The notes under the pieces: generated by a model | Seen by the model: the letters and a program-made list of their open reading frames with translations, nothing else | Told to the model about the DNA's origin: nothing | Databases searched by the model: none | Shown here: piece after piece, positions 17,386 to 23,381 of the stretch | Numbering within the stretch: the first letter of the stretch is position 1 | How the letters are laid out: each line of letters opens with the position of its first letter | Source: a virus | DNA length: 43,915 nucleotides | Strand: one strand, 5' to 3' | Virus record (IMG/VR): IMGVR_UViG_3300026383_000001 | Coordinates: 1 to 43,915 of that record | Position numbers and translations under genes: made by a program

Positions 17386-17793
17386 TTAACCATCTTTCTT
17401 CTCCTGTCGTTTGATTTCCATCGCCATGCGGCGCAGGTCATGGCACAAATTCAGTGCATCATCCGGTTCGAGCACTGCGCATAACCCTGTCATCCCACCG
17501 AGGCCGATACGGATGCGCGCCGAGTACTGCTTGTTAGCCGGCAGGCTGCGCACCTCCAGTGTATTACCGTGGCCCTCGTTGTACTTCACTACAGTTGGTG
17601 CCGGTGGTAATGCAGGCTCATGTAGCAGCTCAAATTTACTAGCGTCGTGCCCGTTTCCATAGCCCAGGAGGGTCAGTGTTGTATCGTAGTCAAACATACG
17701 TACCTCGACAACCACATCCTCAAAACCGCGCATCATACCATTGTGGGAACCGCATACACGACGTACGCGGTCACCGGCTTTGAATTTAACCAT
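17386..17793 (-). CDS. Hypothetical protein
   Basis: 135-aa ORF with SD GAGGAG 7 nt upstream. Its start overlaps the peptidase stop. Confidence 0.65.
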   Translation of the reverse strand: MVKFKAGDRVRRVCGSHNGMMRGFEDVVVEVRMFDYDTTLTLLGYGNGHDASKFELLHEPALPPAPTVVKYNEGHGNTLEVRSLPANKQYSARIRIGLGGMTGLCAVLEPDDALNLCHDLRRMAMEIKRQEKKDG

Positions 17794-18757
17794 TCAGAAT
17801 CTCCTCTAATTCACACAGGAACTCACGCACATCATCCGGCATGGATGACCAGTGCGCTTCTAACAACTCGGTACAGCGGTCGCCTATAGCAACGTAAGGC
17901 GCAGGGGTATCGGGAATGCCGCGGTTCCAACCACTCAACCAATCGTCATCCTCAGCCGCCGGTACCCGCTTGATTGGCAGAAGCGTCCAATCGATTGCAA
18001 GTACAGCGTCACGCAGGGCGAGCAGGTGCTCGAGGTCGAGCCGCTCTCGGGTGGTGTGTTCGTCGAAGTAACCCACCGAGATATTCGTGCACTCCGGCAC
18101 GATGCCGGCGAACTCTTTCGAATCCGTGTACACACCGGTATCGCATGGTTTGTACTGGAATCCGAACCCGGTTTCATTCAGCGCACTGGACAAGGCCCTG
18201 GCGAACTCATCACTCGCAGTACGCCCCCACCCTTGATGCGTAATCACATCATTGTAGCCGCGCCGGTCAAATGACACGCACATGCTGGCGGATAAGTTCT
18301 GGTTACGGCGGATGAAGTCCGATGAACCTAACCCGCCTACTTCCTCGCCAAGAAAGAATGCGTAGTTACCCGGCTTACCTGCACGAATCATCTCAGTCAG
18401 CAGGTACACGCCGGCCGCATCATCAGCGCCCAGCACGCACGGCTTACCGTCGGCATCATCTGCCACCAGCATATCGGAATCCGCCAGCATTACCACAGAC
18501 TGGCGGGCATCCTGTCGGTGCACGGTATCGAGGTGTGCTGTGAACCACAGCCCATTATCCGCGGCACCAACACGCACAATGATGTTCCCAAAGGAATCAA
18601 CTGTAGAGGTGCACCATTCGCCGGTCAGGTGCTGCGACACTATCTGTGCTGCTATCCCCTCATTCATCCCGCCGTGGGGACGCTGCAATGACAATAGGCT
18701 CAGCAGCAGTGCCGGTACTTTCGGTTGTTTCATCTTCATCAGCATTGTACTCATCAT
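17786..18757 (-). CDS. M28/M20-like zinc metallopeptidase (aminopeptidase fold)
   Basis: Full ligand series: HLDTVH, GADDAAGV, GEEVGGLGS, FDRRG and GYFDEHT. The start is uncertain: ATGs at 18757, 18745, 18739 and 18733, and the track ORF runs to 18856. All candidates overlap the 3' end of the upstream gene. Confidence 0.7.
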   Translation of the reverse strand: MMSTMLMKMKQPKVPALLLSLLSLQRPHGGMNEGIAAQIVSQHLTGEWCTSTVDSFGNIIVRVGAADNGLWFTAHLDTVHRQDARQSVVMLADSDMLVADDADGKPCVLGADDAAGVYLLTEMIRAGKPGNYAFFLGEEVGGLGSSDFIRRNQNLSASMCVSFDRRGYNDVITHQGWGRTASDEFARALSSALNETGFGFQYKPCDTGVYTDSKEFAGIVPECTNISVGYFDEHTTRERLDLEHLLALRDAVLAIDWTLLPIKRVPAAEDDDWLSGWNRGIPDTPAPYVAIGDRCTELLEAHWSSMPDDVREFLCELEEILNG

Positions 18758-20315
18758 GTAAAATCCACGAACCGTCTTTCTTCTGACGGCAATCAATTTC
18801 TCGGTAGGTTCCAGTCGGGGTGTCCACCGAGTCGTATGCATTAGTCCAGTACACACCCTGGCCGTCTACCCACACAGCGCCATTCCCGATGCGTTTATCC
18901 AAGCGTTCATTGCCCACGCAGCGCCGCTGGCCGTCCAAGGTAATATATACAACGGACTCCTTGAGGTAGTACTGTCCGCTGAAGTAGCAGTAGCGCAGTT
19001 CGGTATAGTGCCGGTCATGCACCCACACATCATCACCACCGGCGTACGTGCAGTCTGAGCGCGGGTAGTACTCATCATCAATGTGGCACAGCTCTCGCTC
19101 TTCCAAACGCGATGAGCGGTACACGCCATCAGTATCGCTCAAGTTTACCCCGCCACTGGTGCACAGGTACACACGATTCTCATCTACCTCCACACGGCCC
19201 TCATCTACCGCTCCGTCTACGTACGGGGCGATAAATAATTCCCCATCATTAGCGTCAATGATGAGGGCGAGGAAGCTGCCGCTTAGTGCGTGGTCGTTTT
19301 GGGAGCAGCCCAGTGCATCCAGCGCCACGCTGTGCCGGTGCTTACCGTACCAGCGTACGTACTCCCAAGTGTGGGTGTTCAGAATACCGCGACTGGTGTA
19401 GTCCGCGCTTAGCACCAACACCAGCCCATTATCCCCGGTATTGTACGCCATGCTGGAGTACGCATTCACGGGGTGGTCGCTGCCATCATAACGGTCGCTC
19501 GGGCGGGACATACAGGAACCTTCGGTACACACATCAGTATAGACAGGTGCCCAGAGAACGTCGTTAGGGTACACGATGAAGTCCCCGGTGGCGGAGCGTT
19601 TCTTGGCCGACTCGACTGCCTCCCGAACATAATCATCATCCCGCCCCAGCGACGACAGGTATGCTCCCAGACGTTGGCGTATGAATTTAATCTTCTTTGG
19701 GTCGTCCATATTCAAGACACCCGCTATCATCGGAACGTCTCCCTCGGCGTAGGCAATCAGGAACTGCGCACCGCGCTCGCCCGCTGGTAAATCCCATGTG
19801 CGCCCATTGATACAGGCCACCTCGTTAAGCGAATACCCAAGGTACGTGTGCCTGGTTATTTCTTGTACCAGCAATCGGGCCGCTTGGTCAGTAGCTATCG
19901 TGGTATCACCTGGCACTTCCCAAACATCAGACCAAGATAAGACGGGATGTACCGGAAGTTTTTGGGTATGCATGATACGCTTGGCTTCTGACACCGCGCA
20001 CTCAAGTACGTACGTTAGTTGTTCCAGCTTGTCTTGACCTAGTTCAGCTACGGGGTACAGCTCGAAGTCATCATCAGGCGTGAACCACGCAGCGGCGGTA
20101 CGGATTCGAATTGCGAGGTCGCCCAAGCTAGTGACGGGCTTAGTGAACAGTTCATGGCGCACCTCGTCCTTAAGGGTCTTGATTTCTTCCTTGGAAAGGG
20201 AAGGCCGTATTTCCCCATTATCGAGGCGCGCCGCATTCTGTACCAATGTTTGTAAACGTTCACGGGTTTCTGTAGCTACATACTCAGGGTTGCTTGGTTC
20301 TATGATAGTAATCAT
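18660..20315 (-). CDS. Large early hypothetical protein (551 aa)
   Basis: Long ORF. The ATG at 20315 (MITIIEPSNPEY...) follows AGGTG and lies just after the methyltransferase stop. It has a Tyr/Asp/Gly-rich C-terminal third and an acidic tail. I recognise no family motif. Confidence 0.75.
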   Translation of the reverse strand: MITIIEPSNPEYVATETRERLQTLVQNAARLDNGEIRPSLSKEEIKTLKDEVRHELFTKPVTSLGDLAIRIRTAAAWFTPDDDFELYPVAELGQDKLEQLTYVLECAVSEAKRIMHTQKLPVHPVLSWSDVWEVPGDTTIATDQAARLLVQEITRHTYLGYSLNEVACINGRTWDLPAGERGAQFLIAYAEGDVPMIAGVLNMDDPKKIKFIRQRLGAYLSSLGRDDDYVREAVESAKKRSATGDFIVYPNDVLWAPVYTDVCTEGSCMSRPSDRYDGSDHPVNAYSSMAYNTGDNGLVLVLSADYTSRGILNTHTWEYVRWYGKHRHSVALDALGCSQNDHALSGSFLALIIDANDGELFIAPYVDGAVDEGRVEVDENRVYLCTSGGVNLSDTDGVYRSSRLEERELCHIDDEYYPRSDCTYAGGDDVWVHDRHYTELRYCYFSGQYYLKESVVYITLDGQRRCVGNERLDKRIGNGAVWVDGQGVYWTNAYDSVDTPTGTYREIDCRQKKDGSWILHDEYNADEDETTESTGTAAEPIVIAASPRRDE

Positions 20316-20322
20316 GATGCAC

Positions 20323-20880
20323 CTATTTAATCCACATAAGGCACAGGTCGTGGCCTTGGTTGAATACAAATGAATGACTCGGGGATGTTAAGCGCTTCCA
20401 ATCCTCAGGGGACATAAGCCGCTCATCTCCGAACGATGGGGTTTTGTACTTGTTCGTTGGAACGTACGCCACTACAGCATGGGTGGCTTCGTGCTGCTGG
20501 CGCTGGACAATCTGACGAATGTCCGCATCACAGAAGTGCTCGAGCACTCCGTGAGAATGAATCACATCGACCTTAGAGTGACACTCTAAGATGTTCCCCA
20601 CATCACAGAACAGCCCTGTGTTGTGGCGGGCAAGCGTCGCCTGCTCATAATCGCGGTCGAACATGTACAGGTCGGCACGGTAGTTTAAATCAGCGTGCAG
20701 GATAGCGGTAATAGTGCCGATACCTGCACCCTCTTCACGCAGTACTGGTCGATGCCCTCTACGGTGCACAGCAAGGCCGGAGTACGCAATCCCTTGGATA
20801 AACGGGGCGTACTTCTGGCGCGCGTACTCCTTGTACCGGGCATTACAGCGACCAGCGTAGAACTCAGACCACTGGGACAT
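20323..20880 (-). CDS. Class I SAM-dependent methyltransferase
   Basis: Motif I VLREEGAGIGT (ExGxGxG) and DVIHSHGVLEHF. No DPPY/NPPY or PCQ DNA-methylase motif was seen. The ATG at 20880 follows GGGAG and overlaps an upstream TAA (TAATG). Confidence 0.7.
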   Translation of the reverse strand: MSQWSEFYAGRCNARYKEYARQKYAPFIQGIAYSGLAVHRRGHRPVLREEGAGIGTITAILHADLNYRADLYMFDRDYEQATLARHNTGLFCDVGNILECHSKVDVIHSHGVLEHFCDADIRQIVQRQQHEATHAVVAYVPTNKYKTPSFGDERLMSPEDWKRLTSPSHSFVFNQGHDLCLMWIK

Positions 20881-21018
20881 TACTTCACTCCCATAATCAG
20901 GTTGCACACGAGGCCACACATACCCACGCCGAAGTACGGCTCATTACCGGACTCGGCCGCAGCCTTGAACAAGGCCACACCAAGCGGCTCGCCTTCGTCA
21001 CACGCCGTCTCAGCTGCA

Positions 21019-21249
21019 TCATACGATACCCCGGATGTTGAAGCGCCGGCAATACTCCGCCAGTGTCAAACCCACCAATGAAGCCTTAGCAATGTAATGC
21101 TCCTTCATGATGGCTCGTTTATTGCTGTTGTGTTCCGCAATGACATTCGCTGCCACGTCGACACAAAAGGCCAAGCCGTTGCAGCCCCGCTCTAAGGTGC
21201 GCACTGCGCGGCTTACAGGAATATGCGGGACGGGTGGTGTTAAAGCCAT
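21019..21249 (-). CDS. Hypothetical early protein (frame F1 of a frame-discontinuous region)
   Basis: 76-aa ORF with GGAGG 9 nt upstream. It overlaps 21119..21376 by 131 nt out of frame. Confidence 0.45.
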   Translation of the reverse strand: MALTPPVPHIPVSRAVRTLERGCNGLAFCVDVAANVIAEHNSNKRAIMKEHYIAKASLVGLTLAEYCRRFNIRGIV

Positions 21250-21376
21250 GGGATTCGGCCTCCATTTTAGCTGTGAGATACGACCGACGTAATGCGGTCA
21301 GGTAGAAGTCCCAGTCGTCGGCAGTGCCGAGCATGTACCGGGAGTACTTTATAGCCTTTAGGCTGGTTGGTGTCAT
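21119..21376 (-). CDS. Hypothetical early protein (frame X)
   Basis: The ATG at 21376 lies 7 nt after GAGGA (MTPTSLKAIKYSRYMLGTADDWDFYLTALRR...). The C-terminal half (RPAYSCKPRSAHLRAGLQRLGLL...) looks non-protein-like and overlaps F1. Confidence 0.4.
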   Translation of the reverse strand: MTPTSLKAIKYSRYMLGTADDWDFYLTALRRSYLTAKMEAESHGFNTTRPAYSCKPRSAHLRAGLQRLGLLCRRGSECHCGTQQQ

Positions 21377-21640
21377 CGTTCTGTCCTCAGTGATAACGAA
21401 CAAGGGCAGCACGCTACCCTTGGGCAAATCACTAATCGGCGGTCGCGGCTTGCTTGCTCACTTAAAGAAACCCTCCAATTGTTGCGCTTTGTTCACGAGA
21501 GACACGCTCTCTGCCAGTGTTTCCTCGCTGTTTTCCAGCGCGGCATCTGCGGCCGCCAGCATGGTATGTGCCGCGGCAGTGGTGTCCTCTGAGAAGCGCT
21601 TCAACTCAGCGGTCTTATCGGCCTTGCGCTGCCTTATCCA

Positions 21641-22204
21641 TTAGTGCTGGACGTGTTGGCTGGCTTCTGGCTGGGTGCTCGGCAGTACGCCCTTGAACAC
21701 ATCAGCCGCAGTCACGCCGCCATTGGCCGCTTTAAACTTGGTGAACAGCACTTCCAACTCGTGCATTGACAGGCCAGCGGCGAGTGCTTTCTCAAGCGAG
21801 CGCTGCACCGACTTGCTAGCATTCTGGCGCTTGGTCTGCGCATCCATTTCTTCGCCCTGAGCCGCTTGATGACCGTGCAACCACACGGCCAGCAACTTCT
21901 CAGCGAACTGCTCCCACTCAGTGGTCTGGAATTCGATACCCAGTTCACCGCGCACCTTCTCGGCTTTCTGTTTATCGAACACATAACCGCCTTGCTTCTG
22001 CTTGAACTGCACAGGCAGCATCTGGCGGAGAGTGGTGTCGAACATCGCTGCATCGGCCTTAGACATCCCAGCCATGTATGTTACATCGGCGTGAACCAAT
22101 GCAGCGAACAGTGCGGAGATTGTCAGGTCGCGGCGGGCAGTGTGCTGAGTGCGCAGAGCTTTAGCGATGTTCTTAGCGGCGGTTTGTTTAACGATTGTTG
22201 CCAT
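21641..22204 (-). CDS. Hypothetical early protein (187 aa)
   Basis: ATG at 22204 (MATIVKQTAAKNIAK...). The track ORF starts at a GTG at 22249 inside a hairpin. Confidence 0.7.
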   Translation of the reverse strand: MATIVKQTAAKNIAKALRTQHTARRDLTISALFAALVHADVTYMAGMSKADAAMFDTTLRQMLPVQFKQKQGGYVFDKQKAEKVRGELGIEFQTTEWEQFAEKLLAVWLHGHQAAQGEEMDAQTKRQNASKSVQRSLEKALAAGLSMHELEVLFTKFKAANGGVTAADVFKGVLPSTQPEASQHVQH

Positions 22205-22229
22205 GGTATGTACCTTCTCGGTTTGGTTA

Positions 22230-22273
22230 GGGTTAGGTGGGTAAGGCACTCGTTGAATGCCCTACCCTAACCC
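22230..22273 (-). promoter_or_regulatory. Bulged intergenic hairpin (candidate RNase III / processing site)
   Basis: Plus strand GGGTTAGGTGGGTAAGGCA-ctcgttgaa-TGCCCTACCCTAACCC. About 15 bp pair, with a 3-nt bulge and one mismatch. No U-tract follows on the mRNA strand. Confidence 0.4.
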
Positions 22274-22648
22274 TTATGGATGGTAGTACTCCCCGTGTAA
22301 CCGCACAGCTAGTGCGCAGCGTTCGGTGTAGGCATCTTCGGCGTTGTCGTGCCGTCCGGTGTAATACCATACACCGTCCAACTTAACCGCGCCGTAGTAC
22401 CTACCGGCCTTGCACCTCACACCTTTATAACCAGTGCTGTTGTTGCGTTGCACTGGTCTATTGCGGAGGTTCTCAGCCTGCGAGCATTCCCTTAGATTGA
22501 CTAGGCGGTTATCATCACGCTGCCTGTTAAGATGGTCAATAACACCCGGCCAATGGCCATGCGTTAAGAACCACGCTACGCGGTGACAGTAGAATCGCTT
22601 ACCTTGTAGCACAAATGTTAGATAACCCTCCTTGTCAACCGTACCCAT
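22274..22648 (-). CDS. HNH-AP2 homing endonuclease (first ORF of the early operon)
   Basis: Motifs HRVAWFL...IDHLNRQRDDNRLVNLRECSQAEN followed by an AP2-like GYKGVRCKAGRYYGAVKLDGVWYYTGRHDNAEDAY. Confidence 0.8.
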   Translation of the reverse strand: MGTVDKEGYLTFVLQGKRFYCHRVAWFLTHGHWPGVIDHLNRQRDDNRLVNLRECSQAENLRNRPVQRNNSTGYKGVRCKAGRYYGAVKLDGVWYYTGRHDNAEDAYTERCALAVRLHGEYYHP

Positions 22649-22970
22649 GAGAGCGCCTTGCTTTCTGTTACCTAGCCGTTGCTTAGCGGTTATAACACCG
22701 GTATGTGCATCGTAGGCAACATAGTTTGAGACGTTTATAATGTTCTCTCATTCCTCACACAGTACTCGTGAGGTAGTCCCTCTTCCTTGAGGAATTTCGC
22801 CTGTTTCCAAATTGTGTCCGTTCAATGCCAGCCGGAGCCGGAAAGAAGCAAGCTGCACACTCGTCATGGAACCCAGAAGGTTCTCGGAGCCACCAGAAGG
22901 CGTTAAGTGCTTGCTTCACACTGAATCGGATTTTTAAAGAGCGGTTGGCGTTGTTGCTGCCAGTGGTTGT

Positions 22971-22999
22971 ATCCTACGTTATTGCTGTGAGGGTGTCAA
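22971..22999 (-). promoter_or_regulatory. Sigma70-type early promoter PE2
   Basis: Minus strand TTGACA (22999-22994), a 17-nt spacer, then TAGGAT (22976-22971). Confidence 0.6.
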
Positions 23000-23123
23000 C
23001 CAGTTTGTTCATGCTATCCGGTTTAGTGTCCGGTCACCTCAGCTAAGCGGCTGGTGGAGAGTGTCCTATTTAATGACCTGTGCACTCACTATCCTGTCAT
23101 ACTGCTTGTGTTGCTTGAACTAC

Positions 23124-23152
23124 ATACTACGTTACTGCGCACTGCTTGTCAA
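23124..23152 (-). promoter_or_regulatory. Sigma70-type early promoter PE1
   Basis: Minus strand TTGACA (23152-23147), a 17-nt spacer, then TAGTAT (23129-23124). Confidence 0.6.
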
Positions 23153-23354
23153 CTCTGGTATCTTCATACGCCACCAGATAGCTACTTAACTCTAACCGAA
23201 CCACTCAGAGTAACTCGAAGTATTGCTCTGTGTACTGCTGTCCCGTTCAAGTGATTACAGTATGCCTACAGAATCCCAAGAAAGCAAGCATCAAAAGCAA
23301 GTATTTTCAGTACCCGAATACAGTACTTATAAACTCCTTATGAATCAGCTAGTT

Positions 23355-23381
23355 ATTTAGTGTATCACTATAAGGAGGAAC
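23355..23381 (+). promoter_or_regulatory. Third copy of the phage-promoter motif (P3), on the opposite strand to all genes
   Basis: Plus strand ATTTAGTGTATCACTATAAGGAGGAAC. The 15-nt core is identical to P1. It points into the T-depleted tract. Confidence 0.55.

Noticed and set aside
18758-18856. Upstream extensions of the track ORFs for the peptidase (to 18856), the 551-aa gene (to 20369), the methyltransferase (to 20919) and the 187-aa gene (to 22249)
   Set aside because: The extensions overlap the preceding genes and lack SDs. Internal starts with SDs or stop-start coupling fit the compact gene packing better, although the peptidase start remains uncertain.
22748-22867. 39-codon ORF in the early leader (MTSVQLASFRLRLALNGHNLETGEIPQGRGTTSRVLCEE)
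   Set aside because: There is no SD upstream of its ATG and nothing recognisable in the sequence. It is kept only as a remark in the leader finding.
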